64,000 nucleotides of DNA, from positions 213,015 through 277,014 of the forward strand of contig CBDBFU010000012.1 of assembly GCA_965205025.1 (NCBI GenBank), in the 5' to 3' direction. Made by a program: the position numbers and the translations under genes. Under the pieces are notes generated by a model. That model had not been told where the DNA came from. It was given only the letters and a program-made list of their open reading frames with translations, and searched no databases. Positions 30,858 to 41,526 of the stretch are shown piece by piece; the first letter of the stretch is position 1, and every line of letters begins with the position of its first letter. This stretch comes from Candidatus Poribacteria bacterium. GTDB lineage: Bacteria; Poribacteria; WGA-4E; WGA-3G.

Positions 30858-31973
30858 ATGATTAGACTTTATGCTCTGATATTCGGAGTCATTATAATTT
30901 TTCACAATAATGTATATGCAGGACCAGGACGGACGGGTGCTCAAATATTAAATCTGGGTGGAGGAGCACGAGCCAGAGCATTAGGAGACGCATTTTCTGC
31001 TATGTCTGGAGATGTAACAACCTCCCTATGGAATCCCAGTGGCTTGGCAATTTTGCCTGAAAGTAAATTACAGACTGGACGGAAAGGTGCTCAAGCTTCA
31101 ATGTTCTATACCGATTATAGTGGTCCTTTTGGTGAAGCAGGTGAAGGTTTATATTATACTTTTGTCTCTGGGGCAATACCTTTAGGAGAATACGGGACAG
31201 TCGGAGCAACACTACAGCTGCAAGGACAAGGAACTATAGCGGTTACCAGTGATTCACCTGACATCTTACGGGAGGAGAGTCTCGGGACAAACATGGCACT
31301 AACCTTATCCTATGCTGATAGTATTACACAGTCTTTGACCGGTGGTATAAATGGAAAAATGATCCGGATGGTCTTAGGAAGAGAGAGTGGTAGTTCCTAC
31401 GCCGTAGACCTTGGAATTCAATATAAGTTGCCTTTTGTTGAGATTATCCCGACAACAATCGGTGCAGTCATACAAAATGTCGGACCAGGTATTTCTTTTA
31501 TTGATGAGAACCAGGCAGATCCATTACCACGTTTGTTTAGATTAGGAACTTCAACGAGTCTGTATCAAGATAGATATAACCATGTACGCTTAGTATCTGG
31601 TATTACTGCTTATATTGATAAATTGAGAGAGGATGAAATAGAATTAGAGGCAGACTTGGAAAGAATTAATGCCGATAGAACTGAAAAACTTACAAAAAGT
31701 CAACTCTTATCAGATAGAGGCGTGGGTATTAGAGCATTTGAATGGCGGCATCTGCAAAAGAATATTGGACTGGAGTATTGGCTTGTAAACATTCTCGCAT
31801 TAAGAATTGGGTATAAGTCTGAACCAGGAATCTCTCTACCCAATTGGTTTGATCATGTTACCTATGGAATTGGAGCTAAGGTTTCTATGTTCAATCTTGA
31901 TATAACTTATGGACCCCGTTTCGGTCCAAGTCAAGAACGGTTGATTGAATTTACGGGTTTAGTACTATTTTAA
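30858..31973 (+). CDS. Outer-membrane beta-barrel of the PorV/LptO-like (UPF0164) family, T9SS-associated
   Basis: Signal peptide, then 'GRTGAQILNLGGGARARALGDAFSAMSGDVTTSLWNPSGLA', which matches the PorV-family N-terminal signature (GAxFL.IG..ARA.AMGDA..A...D..S..WNPAGLA). Ends in an aromatic 'LVLF'. Confidence 0.55.
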   Translation: MIRLYALIFGVIIIFHNNVYAGPGRTGAQILNLGGGARARALGDAFSAMSGDVTTSLWNPSGLAILPESKLQTGRKGAQASMFYTDYSGPFGEAGEGLYYTFVSGAIPLGEYGTVGATLQLQGQGTIAVTSDSPDILREESLGTNMALTLSYADSITQSLTGGINGKMIRMVLGRESGSSYAVDLGIQYKLPFVEIIPTTIGAVIQNVGPGISFIDENQADPLPRLFRLGTSTSLYQDRYNHVRLVSGITAYIDKLREDEIELEADLERINADRTEKLTKSQLLSDRGVGIRAFEWRHLQKNIGLEYWLVNILALRIGYKSEPGISLPNWFDHVTYGIGAKVSMFNLDITYGPRFGPSQERLIEFTGLVLF

Positions 31974-31998
31974 TGAATTGAGGTACATTATAATCGTG

Positions 31999-32796
31999 AT
32001 GTTAAATAAGAGAATAGTTTTATATATTGCACTAATTACCTTACTCCCCTCTATTGTTTTTGCATCCCAACTATCACAATCTTCAATATTCAATGGATTT
32101 CATTTAAGGTCGTCAATTGGATCAAAAATACTTAAAGATGAATCTTCCACTACATTAGTCACAACTAATAATTCAACTGCTCTGAAATCTCCAAATGAAG
32201 CATTTTTGTATTCAATGGTTGTCCCAGGTTTAGGACAGATTAACAATGGTGCAAAATATGGGTACATCTATACTGCTGCTGAAGTAGGATTATTGACGAC
32301 CTTTTTTATTCTGCGAAACAATGCAGCGAATACACGAGAAAACTACCGTGATATCGTAAGAGACAATGTAATCTTTGAAGGTCCAGGAAATTTTGAGAAT
32401 TGGGATCCAATTGAAGATTTTGAACATGCCACACAATATGAGAACTGGAATCACGTATATGATTCAGATGCAACAAGAGATCGTACCGGGAAATGGTATT
32501 GGAAAGATCTTGATCCGACTTTAAAAAGTGAAAAGGATACAGAAATTGACTTTGATTCAAAATATAGATTAGAAGCTTTTGATTTAAGAGAACAAGCAAA
32601 TGATAGATTTCAAACCGCACGGACTGTCTTAGGAGTAGTGATTCTTAACCATATTGTTAGTGCCGTTGAAGCACGTATAAACACAATACGATACAATAAT
32701 CAACATTTACAGAACAATAGTTTTGAAATTGAAACAAATACTGATATTTCATCTGGATCCATTACTGGAGTTCTGGTTTTTAAGAAAAGGTTTTAG
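31999..32796 (+). CDS. DUF5683-like secreted/membrane protein
   Basis: The ORF-track start 31978 is TTG. ATG at 31999 gives the signal peptide 'MLNKRIVLYIALITLLPSIVFAS'. 'FLYSMVVPGLGQINNGAKYGYIYTAAEVGLL' matches the DUF5683 hallmark (S..vPGlGQiyN..ywK). Confidence 0.5.
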   Translation: MLNKRIVLYIALITLLPSIVFASQLSQSSIFNGFHLRSSIGSKILKDESSTTLVTTNNSTALKSPNEAFLYSMVVPGLGQINNGAKYGYIYTAAEVGLLTTFFILRNNAANTRENYRDIVRDNVIFEGPGNFENWDPIEDFEHATQYENWNHVYDSDATRDRTGKWYWKDLDPTLKSEKDTEIDFDSKYRLEAFDLREQANDRFQTARTVLGVVILNHIVSAVEARINTIRYNNQHLQNNSFEIETNTDISSGSITGVLVFKKRF

Positions 32797-32808
32797 AAGG
32801 AGAAATCA

Positions 32809-33747
32809 ATGTCGTTAGAGTTACCGCAACTATTGGATGCTCTAAATTCTGTAACAACCATTCCCATTATCCCATTTAATGATGGTAAGATAGATTATGC
32901 TGGTCATTCAAAGAATATTGACTATTTAATGACAAATAACTATCTGGATGAAGACCGGAAACGGGTCATTGCAATTGCAGGCACAAGTTTAATACATCAT
33001 ATATCTGAAACGAATCAGTTGAGATTAATTGAGAGAACGGGAGCACTGATGGGGAATGATGGTGTATTGATGTCCGGTATTGTTCCAAACCCTATTAAAC
33101 AAGCAGGACAACTCATTGAAGCGCAATCTGAACTAAATAGACCACCAGATGTCTATTTATTGATGCCGTTAACAGGGGTTTCTAATCCAGATGGTATATA
33201 TGAAGAGTATATGCAATTTGCTGAAAATTTTGGAACTAAATGTAATGCAAGATTTATCTACTATTTCCGACAAAAACGGGATTTAGAAGTTGTTATACGT
33301 TTGTTGAATGATTCACCACATTTTATTGGCGTAAAAATCGGTACAGATATGGATGATGTACAACCGATTGTTGAAGGTGTTGGGAATAACGGGATTGTCA
33401 TGTGGGGTATAGGGGATAGATGTACACAACCTGCTCAATTAGGTACGAAAGGTCATACATCAGGTATCGCAGTTGCTTATGCACGTGCTTCAGATGAGAT
33501 CAATAATGCACAACGGAAGAGCGATTACGATACATCTGCGCGTATTGAAGCAGATATTAGTTCACTTGAAGAAATTCGGTTCATGAATGAACGGATATAC
33601 AATTATTCAGCTGTCGTTGAGACTATGATTTTAGGTGGTTTTGAAGATATTGAGGCTGGAACAGGGGGACCTTTTAACCCACGTGTACCACCTGAAATTA
33701 GAAAAAAACTTAAAACAATTACACAGGATTTAAAACGATATCATTAG
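32809..33747 (+). CDS. DapA/NAL-family (dihydrodipicolinate synthase / N-acetylneuraminate lyase-like) aldolase, tentative
   Basis: 'TIPIIPFNDGKIDYAGHSKNIDYL...VIAIAGTSLIHHISETNQLRLIE' follows the TPF..dG.iD...id.l...G..GTtGE..Ls..E pattern only loosely. Strong SD 'aaggag' upstream. Confidence 0.4.
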   Translation: MSLELPQLLDALNSVTTIPIIPFNDGKIDYAGHSKNIDYLMTNNYLDEDRKRVIAIAGTSLIHHISETNQLRLIERTGALMGNDGVLMSGIVPNPIKQAGQLIEAQSELNRPPDVYLLMPLTGVSNPDGIYEEYMQFAENFGTKCNARFIYYFRQKRDLEVVIRLLNDSPHFIGVKIGTDMDDVQPIVEGVGNNGIVMWGIGDRCTQPAQLGTKGHTSGIAVAYARASDEINNAQRKSDYDTSARIEADISSLEEIRFMNERIYNYSAVVETMILGGFEDIEAGTGGPFNPRVPPEIRKKLKTITQDLKRYH

Positions 33748-33837
33748 TCAATCTCCTCTACGTATGCTACAACTCGAATCCGGGATTATTTATCCTGGAT
33801 AGCGGACTAATTGACTCTGCAGTGAGAATACCACCCA

Positions 33838-35544
33838 ATGTCATTTGATAGCTTAATCCTTAGAAATGTCACACACGAATATCAACAAACATTCTTGGGT
33901 GGAACAATACGACATATCCAACAAGTTAACCCTACCGATTTTTCATTCAAAATCGCACATGGTACACACACTCATTGGATCATTATTTCGGCACATTCTA
34001 CCCATGCACGGACACATCTGATTCATAAATCCCCTCCAGGTCAAAAGCAATCCTATTTGGCGGATTTTCTATCAACTCATCTAAAACATGGTACCATTAC
34101 CGATATTTCTCAGATTGGCTTGGATCGGATCTTAAGAATTTCAGTTCAACCTGTATCTGATGATCCAATACAACCAAACCCAAAATCCCTTTACTTAGAA
34201 TTTATGGGGAAACATAGTAATATCATCCTAATTGACGATACCGATAAAAGAATCCTTGAATGTTTGAAACATATTGACGAATCTATAAGTCGATTCCGTG
34301 AAGTTCTTCCAGGAGAAAACTATACTTTACCACCTCAACAGGACAAATTAGATCCTTTTTCCATTGATGAAGCACAGTTTTCTCAGATTTCTCAAGACAC
34401 CGATGGAGGTTGGAAATCTCTTTTTAACAATATTGATGGTTTAAGTCCTACTCTTGCAAAAGAAATAATTAAAAGAGCAGAAAATACAAAACTATGGGAG
34501 GCATTCAAGCAAGTTATCAAATATTTTCACATAGAACATAGTGTGCCTCAAGTAATTATAGATGGTGAAAAACCTTTAGTCGCTTCATCCCTACCCTTAC
34601 ATCAATTTTCAGATACTGAATCATTACCATTTAATACAATGAGTGAAGCACTCACAACATATTATAATAGAGTATCTGAAAACGAAAAAAGAATAGCTGA
34701 TAAGAACAAACTTTTACAAGCCTTAAAAAAGCAAGAAAGTTTACTAAAACGAAAAGAGAAAGGATTAACACAGGATTTAGCGAGAGCAGAGAATGCAGAT
34801 AATTATCGGATACAAGGGGAGTTAATATTAGCAAATATTAATAAAATTACACGCGGACAGAAAAGTGCAGAATTGCAGAATTATTATAGTCCAGATCTTG
34901 AAACCCTTATGATTTCTCTTGATCCTGAATTAACTCCATCTGATAATGCACAGAGATATTTCAAAAAATATACGAAAGCGAAACGTGGTTATTCTGAGAT
35001 TCAACAGAGACTCGCTGACCTCGAAGCAGAACATGAAGTATTAAATTCAAATGAATCTAAAGTTGCTTCAGCAGAAACACTTCAAGAACTGGATAAGATT
35101 CTAAATGAATTTATTCAGATTGGTTATATCAAAACCCAAAAACATGGCAAACAACAAGATACAGGAGAAGGACCATTTCGACGATATACATCATCTAACG
35201 GTTTCCAAATTTATGTTGGACGTAATAGTCAATCAAACGATCTGTTGCTACGTCAGATTGCTAAACCTCGTGATATGTGGCTTCATGCAAAGCAGATTCA
35301 CGGTTCGCATGTAATTATCCGTAATCCTGAAAACCGTCCTGATATTCCAATGCCAACTTTACTCCAAGCCGCACAACTTGCAGCCTTTTATAGTAAGGCA
35401 CATCATTCCAGTTATGTCCCAGTTGACTACACCTGGGCGCGCTATGTCGTGAAACGTAAGGGAAATGTAGCAGGTTTTGTACATTACACTCAGGAAAAAA
35501 CTCTATATGTTGAACCTGCTGTCCCTTCCTTAGTGAAAGACTGA
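33838..35544 (+). CDS. RqcH/FbpA-like NFACT-family protein (fibronectin-binding protein A N-terminal domain + DUF814)
   Basis: 'MSFDSLILRNVTHEYQQTFLGGTIRHIQQVNPTDFSFKI' (FbpA N-terminus), central coiled-coil, and C-terminal 'WLHAKQIHGSHVIIRN' (DUF814/NFACT-R motif). Confidence 0.8.
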   Translation: MSFDSLILRNVTHEYQQTFLGGTIRHIQQVNPTDFSFKIAHGTHTHWIIISAHSTHARTHLIHKSPPGQKQSYLADFLSTHLKHGTITDISQIGLDRILRISVQPVSDDPIQPNPKSLYLEFMGKHSNIILIDDTDKRILECLKHIDESISRFREVLPGENYTLPPQQDKLDPFSIDEAQFSQISQDTDGGWKSLFNNIDGLSPTLAKEIIKRAENTKLWEAFKQVIKYFHIEHSVPQVIIDGEKPLVASSLPLHQFSDTESLPFNTMSEALTTYYNRVSENEKRIADKNKLLQALKKQESLLKRKEKGLTQDLARAENADNYRIQGELILANINKITRGQKSAELQNYYSPDLETLMISLDPELTPSDNAQRYFKKYTKAKRGYSEIQQRLADLEAEHEVLNSNESKVASAETLQELDKILNEFIQIGYIKTQKHGKQQDTGEGPFRRYTSSNGFQIYVGRNSQSNDLLLRQIAKPRDMWLHAKQIHGSHVIIRNPENRPDIPMPTLLQAAQLAAFYSKAHHSSYVPVDYTWARYVVKRKGNVAGFVHYTQEKTLYVEPAVPSLVKD

Positions 35545-35653
35545 TATTTCTTCTTCAACCAATCTTGGTTAACCTTCCTCCATTGCCAAGAATTTGTTGA
35601 CACAATACCTGCATATAATTATACTTACTCTCAATAAAAGGAGGAATAGTACA

Positions 35654-36373
35654 ATGTTACAGAAGCTAATACTGGTATTGCTTGTAATTTGTTGTATAAT
35701 ATCTTTTTCTGTAGAACAAACAATCGCCTTAGAAGAATGGGTGCCAATTGATATAGAACCCTATTCAAATACGAAATTAAAAGGTCATCAATGGTGGACA
35801 TTGAATGCTGGTGACAGCACGTACTCTCGTCTTCCTATTGGTGAAGTAGCAGATTTTGAAGGTCCTGAGAAAGAGGTTAAATTTCAGATAATTGATGGAG
35901 CAATTGTCCTTTTCGGTACAAATGCTGCTCGATGGCCGAAATCTGTTGACGATATTACTATCGGTGGAAAAGCAAAATCAATATATTTTCTGCATGCAAC
36001 GGGTTGGAGCGCAGCGGGTGTACCAAGTTATAAGTTTGTAATGAATTATAATGGTGGAAAGCAAGAAGTCCTTGAAATGATTACCAATGTCAACTCACAT
36101 GATTGGTGTCATGAAACAAAAGTATTTGAAGATAAAAACTCCGTTTGGGGGTGGACATTAAATGAAGGACCTCCGTGTGGACACGCAGGGGCAATCACGA
36201 CGAAATGGGATAATCCTCATCCTACCTCCGAAATTATATCTATTGATGCAGTTTCCTTAGAATTAGGTGCTGTACCCATAATTCTTGCAATTTCATTAGG
36301 TGATGGGTCATTGGATGTATACCCAACAGAAAAAATGACACTTACATGGGGAAGTCTCAAAAAGTCATTCTGA
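35654..36373 (+). CDS. Secreted hypothetical protein (about 240 aa) sharing the C-terminal 'TWGxLKK' tail with the LamG paralogs
   Basis: The ORF-track start 35594 is TTG. ATG at 35654 is preceded by SD 'aaaggagg' and gives the signal peptide 'MLQKLILVLLVICCIISFS'. Ends '...MTLTWGSLKKSF'. Confidence 0.6.
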   Translation: MLQKLILVLLVICCIISFSVEQTIALEEWVPIDIEPYSNTKLKGHQWWTLNAGDSTYSRLPIGEVADFEGPEKEVKFQIIDGAIVLFGTNAARWPKSVDDITIGGKAKSIYFLHATGWSAAGVPSYKFVMNYNGGKQEVLEMITNVNSHDWCHETKVFEDKNSVWGWTLNEGPPCGHAGAITTKWDNPHPTSEIISIDAVSLELGAVPIILAISLGDGSLDVYPTEKMTLTWGSLKKSF

Positions 36374-36412
36374 GATTAAGAATATCACGAGTCTAATGCT
36401 TAAATTGATGCC

Positions 36413-36439
36413 TATAGGGCGGGGAAACCCCGCCCTACG
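36413..36439. terminator. Bidirectional terminator hairpin between convergent genes
   Basis: 'tagggcggggaaaccccgcccta': 10-bp GC-rich stem with an 'aaa' loop. Confidence 0.6.
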
Positions 36440-36506
36440 ATAATTTATGAACTTGATTACCGAACTATTTAAACTTCATCTGGCTCATCAAATTACCTTC
36501 CAATAT

Positions 36507-37394
36507 TTAACCCTTTGGTAAGAATTGACGAAGATGGTTTCCACCGATCGCAAAACCTTCCAATCCAGGGGCACCACGATCCTCATTTTCAACACACAAC
36601 ACATAATCATATCCAGATTCAAGCAATGCCCCAATAATTGTTCCCCAATTCAACTGTCCTCTACCGGGAACACGATACTGCCACCACCAATTTCCAATTA
36701 TTCCCTGACGGAATAACATGCGTGGACTAATCTCACAATCTTTGACATCCGCATAATACCATTTACCATCAAACATTCGAATTGCATCCTCTGCAGGTAA
36801 TATTCCCATCCACAACCAATGGGATGGATCGCAAGATAGACCCAAGGCTTCTGATGGTACAGACTGAAGAATACGTTCCCACATCTCAGGATTACAAGCG
36901 ATATTCCCCATACGCACTGCACAATCCAAAGCGAGTTTCACACCTTTGTCCTCAGCGTATTCAACCACAGGTGTCCACATTTCCTTAAAACGTCCTACCA
37001 ATTCTACAGAACGATCACCAGGATTGCCTGGATCCGATGAAAATTGTCCATAAAAGTGCCAACTCACAGGACTACCAGCATATGTTACAACCACAGGTGT
37101 ATCAAGAATATGTGCAGCCTCAACTGCTTGTATTAGGTTATCACGCGCAGTATTACGTGTTTCTAAGTCATCATCCAGAAGATTACAATGTGCTGTTAAT
37201 GCAGCAACATAAATACTTACTTCAGACAATAAATCCTTGACTTCTTCACCTTCAGATTCTATAATCTTGTTCGGTTCAAATAAGCCATTTACATTCGGTC
37301 TGATTGCATCAAAGTTGTTAGCTATTGACCATTCTGCACATTCCTGAAGACTCCATGCACCACCACCGACACTCGTGCTAAAACAAATATCCAT
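36507..37394 (-). CDS. Sugar phosphate isomerase/epimerase (xylose-isomerase-like TIM-barrel) family protein
   Basis: 295 aa. Multiple conserved His/Glu/Asp residues in TIM-barrel-like spacing ('LALDCAV', 'PSHWLWMG', 'VLCVENEDRG'). Confidence 0.55.
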   Translation of the reverse strand: MDICFSTSVGGGAWSLQECAEWSIANNFDAIRPNVNGLFEPNKIIESEGEEVKDLLSEVSIYVAALTAHCNLLDDDLETRNTARDNLIQAVEAAHILDTPVVVTYAGSPVSWHFYGQFSSDPGNPGDRSVELVGRFKEMWTPVVEYAEDKGVKLALDCAVRMGNIACNPEMWERILQSVPSEALGLSCDPSHWLWMGILPAEDAIRMFDGKWYYADVKDCEISPRMLFRQGIIGNWWWQYRVPGRGQLNWGTIIGALLESGYDYVLCVENEDRGAPGLEGFAIGGNHLRQFLPKG

Positions 37395-37437
37395 ATTATA
37401 ACCCCAATGAGAGAAATCAAATCATAGTATAACAGTT

Positions 37438-38112
37438 ATGCAAATTATTTGTGAAGGTAATATAAAGACTCAACTACTTGACCTATATCAACAACTACAA
37501 TCAGAACACGGAAAATTAAGATGGTGGCCAGCAGATACTCCTTTTGAAGTGGCTCTTGGGGCAATTCTTACGCAAGCAACTGCATGGCGAAATGTCGAGA
37601 AGGCACTGGATAATCTAAAAGCTGCCGATAAGTTTACACCCGAAAAAATCAATAAACTCAATCAAGACGAGTTGGAAGAACTTGTACGACCTTCTGGTTA
37701 TTTTCGAGTTAAGGCAAAGAAGGTACGGGCATTTGTTGAACATCTTATTGAACGCCCCATGTCTGCCATGTTCAAGCAGGATGTTCCTGAGTTAAGAGAA
37801 GAATTGCTATCTATCTTCGGTGTAGGTCCGGAAACTGCAGATTCAATTATCTTGTATGCTGCAGAAAAACCAAGTTTTGTTGTTGATACTTACACATACA
37901 GATTGGTGAGTAGATTAGGATGGGTTGAAGGTAATTTTCACTATGAAAGACTAAGAGCTCTATTTATGGATAACCTTCCGCACGATGTTGAACTATTCAA
38001 CGAATACCATGCACTCGTCGTACGGCATGGTGCACGAGTATGTAAAAAAACTCCTGAGTGCATAGCCTGTTGTCTACAAGAAAATTGTGATTACTATTCC
38101 AATTTAGAATAG
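37438..38112 (+). CDS. HhH-GPD-family DNA glycosylase (endonuclease III-like)
   Basis: HhH motif 'LLSIFGVGPETADSIILYA' with a downstream Asp. 224 aa. Confidence 0.7.
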   Translation: MQIICEGNIKTQLLDLYQQLQSEHGKLRWWPADTPFEVALGAILTQATAWRNVEKALDNLKAADKFTPEKINKLNQDELEELVRPSGYFRVKAKKVRAFVEHLIERPMSAMFKQDVPELREELLSIFGVGPETADSIILYAAEKPSFVVDTYTYRLVSRLGWVEGNFHYERLRALFMDNLPHDVELFNEYHALVVRHGARVCKKTPECIACCLQENCDYYSNLE

Positions 38113-38115
38113 AGT

Positions 38116-38230
38116 TATACCATTTCTTATTATTAAAGTCGCTTAAATGTAACATAAACTTCCAGTTTGTGCGGTATTTCAAGACTTCCATGCCATCGTT
38201 CCATAACAACTATTTATGGAAAAGGTATTA
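38116..38230. mobile_element. Short (about 115 bp) outer-family MITE copy without inner insert
   Basis: 'ttataccatttcttattattaaagtcgcttaaatgtaacataaacttccagtttgtgcggtatttcaag...tatggaaaaggtattac'. Abuts the 3' end of the FG-GAP gene. Confidence 0.55.
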
Positions 38231-39883
38231 CTTTTCTTCTGTAATGGTAATAAATTGATTAGATTCAACATCTTTCAATGTCTGAACATGACCACAAATC
38301 CATTCCACTGTCACCAAATCAATCTTCTCAACATTTCCTAAACCAAAATGTAATCTCATATCATTCTGACTGAGATATCCCGAACCACTCTTAACCTCCC
38401 GAATTTGGGTTAAGTTATCTGTCCTAACAGACACACGTGCTCCAATAGCATCTTTTGCACAATGCATCCCCACAAGTCTTACAGATAACCAATTCCGTGA
38501 GTTTCCATTCTCATTACGGATAACAGTCGGGGAATCTTTAAGGTTTGCTACAACAATATCCACATCACCATCATTATCAATATCTCCAAATGCTGTTCCT
38601 CTACTTACTTTGTGTGGTAAAGCCAGATCTACCTCTTCAAATGTAACCCCTTCTTTACTCATAAATAGTTGGTTAGGCTGTGTGTATGTACCCACAGGAT
38701 CATAATCTTCAACATTATCATCCAAATGTCCGTTAGCAACAAAGAGATCCAACCAACCATCGTTGTTAAAATCCATGAAATCCACACCCCAAGCCAAATA
38801 CGGTAGACTCTTTGCTCCTATTCCGATTGGAAAACTCACATCCTTAAAATACTTCTCATGCTCATTATGATAGATGTTATTTACCTGATCCTGAAAATTC
38901 GTAATGACAATATCCAGAAATCCGTCATTGTCATAATCACCAAGATTTGCTCCCATTCCGCTATAAGGACGTCCTTCCTCACTTAACGCAACACCACTAA
39001 ATAAGGCATCTTCAGTAAACGTGCCATCTCCATTGTTATAGTAGAGCATATCAGGTGTTGTGTCATTCGCAATAAAAATATCTATATCACCATCATTATC
39101 CACATCGCCACAAACCACACCCAAACCTTTTCCCGCAGGGGCAGTAATACCTGCTTTTTCGGTTACATCAGTAAACGTTCCGCCACCATTGTTACGGTAG
39201 AGTATATCTGCTTCGGCATTGAGTGCTTCAGGTGTGCAATACACAGGAATATCTTGATGGGTACACTCAGGATTAGATTCTGTATCAAATTGAACATAAT
39301 TGACAACATATAGATCAAGGTATCCATCCGCATCATAATCTATAAAAGCACACCCACTACTGAATTGACTACCACCCACACCTGTCTGATCGGTTACATC
39401 GGTAAATGTACCATCACCATTATTCTTATATAGTATATTCTTACCATAATTTGTTACATACAAATCGACGAATCCATCATTATTGAAATCACCTACGCAA
39501 CATCCATTCCCGTATCCGATATCCCCCACAGAGGCGTCATTTGTCACATCGGTATACTTACCATTATCGTTGCGATATAACACATTCGTCGCACCTTTTT
39601 CAGATGCAACCCATGGTAAATCCGAGCCGTTAACCAAGTACAAATCTAAATCTCCATCATTATCATAATCAAATAAAGCCAAACCTCTACCGAGGGGTTC
39701 GATAAAGTACTTCCTACCACTCTCTCCATTGACATCTTGAAAATCAATTCCAAGTTCATCTGTTATCTCACTAAAAACTGGATTATCAGATAAAAAAGGC
39801 GAGTCCTGAGTCAATGTATTCTTTACTGGAAAAAGTAGAAAAAGAATGGATAGAATCCACATGAAATATACAGTCAGTCTCAT
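38228..39883 (-). CDS. Secreted FG-GAP/VCBS-repeat protein with C-terminal ASPIC/UnbV domain
   Basis: Signal peptide. Repeated 'YxNNGDGTFTDVT' and 'DxDxDGxxDLxV' FG-GAP calcium-binding motifs. C-terminal 'SGSGYLSQNDMRLHFGLG' is the ASPIC/UnbV hallmark. Confidence 0.8.
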   Translation of the reverse strand: MRLTVYFMWILSILFLLFPVKNTLTQDSPFLSDNPVFSEITDELGIDFQDVNGESGRKYFIEPLGRGLALFDYDNDGDLDLYLVNGSDLPWVASEKGATNVLYRNDNGKYTDVTNDASVGDIGYGNGCCVGDFNNDGFVDLYVTNYGKNILYKNNGDGTFTDVTDQTGVGGSQFSSGCAFIDYDADGYLDLYVVNYVQFDTESNPECTHQDIPVYCTPEALNAEADILYRNNGGGTFTDVTEKAGITAPAGKGLGVVCGDVDNDGDIDIFIANDTTPDMLYYNNGDGTFTEDALFSGVALSEEGRPYSGMGANLGDYDNDGFLDIVITNFQDQVNNIYHNEHEKYFKDVSFPIGIGAKSLPYLAWGVDFMDFNNDGWLDLFVANGHLDDNVEDYDPVGTYTQPNQLFMSKEGVTFEEVDLALPHKVSRGTAFGDIDNDGDVDIVVANLKDSPTVIRNENGNSRNWLSVRLVGMHCAKDAIGARVSVRTDNLTQIREVKSGSGYLSQNDMRLHFGLGNVEKIDLVTVEWICGHVQTLKDVESNQFITITEEK

Positions 39884-39965
39884 AAATATGAATCGTTCCT
39901 ACCGATAATATGACCTTTCGTAGGGGCAGGTTCTCCTTACCCTAATAGTGTCAATTTTAGCATTA
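39871..39965. repeat. Same about 90-nt repeat, copy B; overlaps the start codon of the FG-GAP gene (minus strand)
   Basis: 'cagtcagtctcataaatatgaatcgttcctaccgataatatgacctttcgtaggggcaggttctccttaccc'. Confidence 0.5.
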
Positions 39966-39994
39966 ACGTCAGTTTGACAATAAAAAAATGTCAG

Positions 39995-40050
39995 TTCGAT
40001 AAACAGAATTTTGTCCTGAAGATAGTCTTTGTAGCACAAACTTTCCAGTT
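39995..40050. repeat. Fragment of the outer MITE family (central junction only)
   Basis: 'tttgtagcacaaactttccagtttgtgcactc'. Confidence 0.4.
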
Positions 40051-40362
40051 TGTGCACTCTGGTGTTAACTAAAAGATCGGGTTACAGTGTGCTTATCAAA
40101 CTCACGTTAGCATTAGGATCTTTGTAGGCATGATTCCGATCCCCGATCCTTTCATTATATTGTACCTGATAAGATCTAAGTATTCTCCAAAAATATCATT
40201 TATGAAATATAGTTTTTTATATCGCATAGTAAACGGATTATGATATAATCAGATAAAATAGTCCTTCATAAATACCAGTCTTTTAATCTATAATTCTGGT
40301 GAATATATTATAGATGTTCCACTTGTTATTATCCAATTAAGTTTGAAACCAGGAGAGAAATA

Positions 40363-41328
40363 ATGGCAAATTTACGTTTTGGTGTTGTCGGTTTAGGTAT
40401 GGGAATGAATCGATCAAGTATTATCCACAGCACAGAGGGTGCTGAACTCGTCGCTGTTGCTGATCTTGATGAAAATCGACGGAAGGCAGCAGAGGAAAGG
40501 TTTGGGTGTGAAAGTCATGACGACGCTTTAGAAATGTTTGATCGAGATGATATTGATGTAGGAATGATTATGACACCAAGTGGTCTCCACGGCAAGTTCG
40601 GGGAAGAAGCAGCACGCCGCGGAAAACATGTCATTACCACAAAACCTATGGATGTGAGCGTCGAAAATTGTAATTCGCTCATCAAAACCTGTGAAGAGAA
40701 TAATGTAAAACTGCTTGTTGACTTTGGCGAACGGTACGGAAATCATAATCGAAGAATTAAAACTGCTTTAGATCAAGGGGCACTCGGCAGACCTTTACTG
40801 TGTGAACTCCGGATGAAATGGAAACGACCTGATAGCTACTATGTCGGTTGGCATGGTACATGGGAATTTGATGGTGGTGGTTCAATTATGAACCAAGGGG
40901 TACACTATATTGATCTAATGTTGTGGTTTATGGGACCTGTAAAACGGATCATAGGTGCTCATTTTGATGTTTACGACCACGAAAATTGCGAAACAGAAGA
41001 TATGACCTCTGCCATATTAGAATTTGAAAACGGTGCTCTTGGACACGTTTTGACGACGACAACATTTCCTGGAAGTAGTGTTTCAATGATTCACATTCAT
41101 GGCGAGAAAGGCATTGTCGGTCTTGGACCAGAAATGTGGCAGTTCGCTGACGATGAAGAACCTGAAATTGAACTTCCAGCATATCCTGACAATGTTATTC
41201 AGGATGCACTACAAGTTATTAACGATGGCGCGTCCCCAGCAGTTGATGGTTATGAAGGTAGACGATCCGTTGAACTCAACATGGCTATATATGAATGTGC
41301 CCGAACAGGAAAACCCATTACAATGTAA
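40363..41328 (+). CDS. Gfo/Idh/MocA-family oxidoreductase (second copy)
   Basis: 'LRFGVVGLGMGMNRSS' Rossmann N-terminus and a 'TTKPMD' block. 321 aa. Confidence 0.75.
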   Translation: MANLRFGVVGLGMGMNRSSIIHSTEGAELVAVADLDENRRKAAEERFGCESHDDALEMFDRDDIDVGMIMTPSGLHGKFGEEAARRGKHVITTKPMDVSVENCNSLIKTCEENNVKLLVDFGERYGNHNRRIKTALDQGALGRPLLCELRMKWKRPDSYYVGWHGTWEFDGGGSIMNQGVHYIDLMLWFMGPVKRIIGAHFDVYDHENCETEDMTSAILEFENGALGHVLTTTTFPGSSVSMIHIHGEKGIVGLGPEMWQFADDEEPEIELPAYPDNVIQDALQVINDGASPAVDGYEGRRSVELNMAIYECARTGKPITM

Positions 41329-41526
41329 AATCTCAAATTATCTTTTATATCCGGTGCGGTTCCCATAGAATTCATTCACGAATTCTACTTTAATCCCCGC
41401 ATCGGATATCCATACTCTCAAAATTATTTATACAGAAATAGAAAACAAGCTCAAACAAATACAACACGCACAATAAATTATCCTTTAATATCCCTTTCTG
41501 ATTTTTCCAAACTATATTTATTCAAA

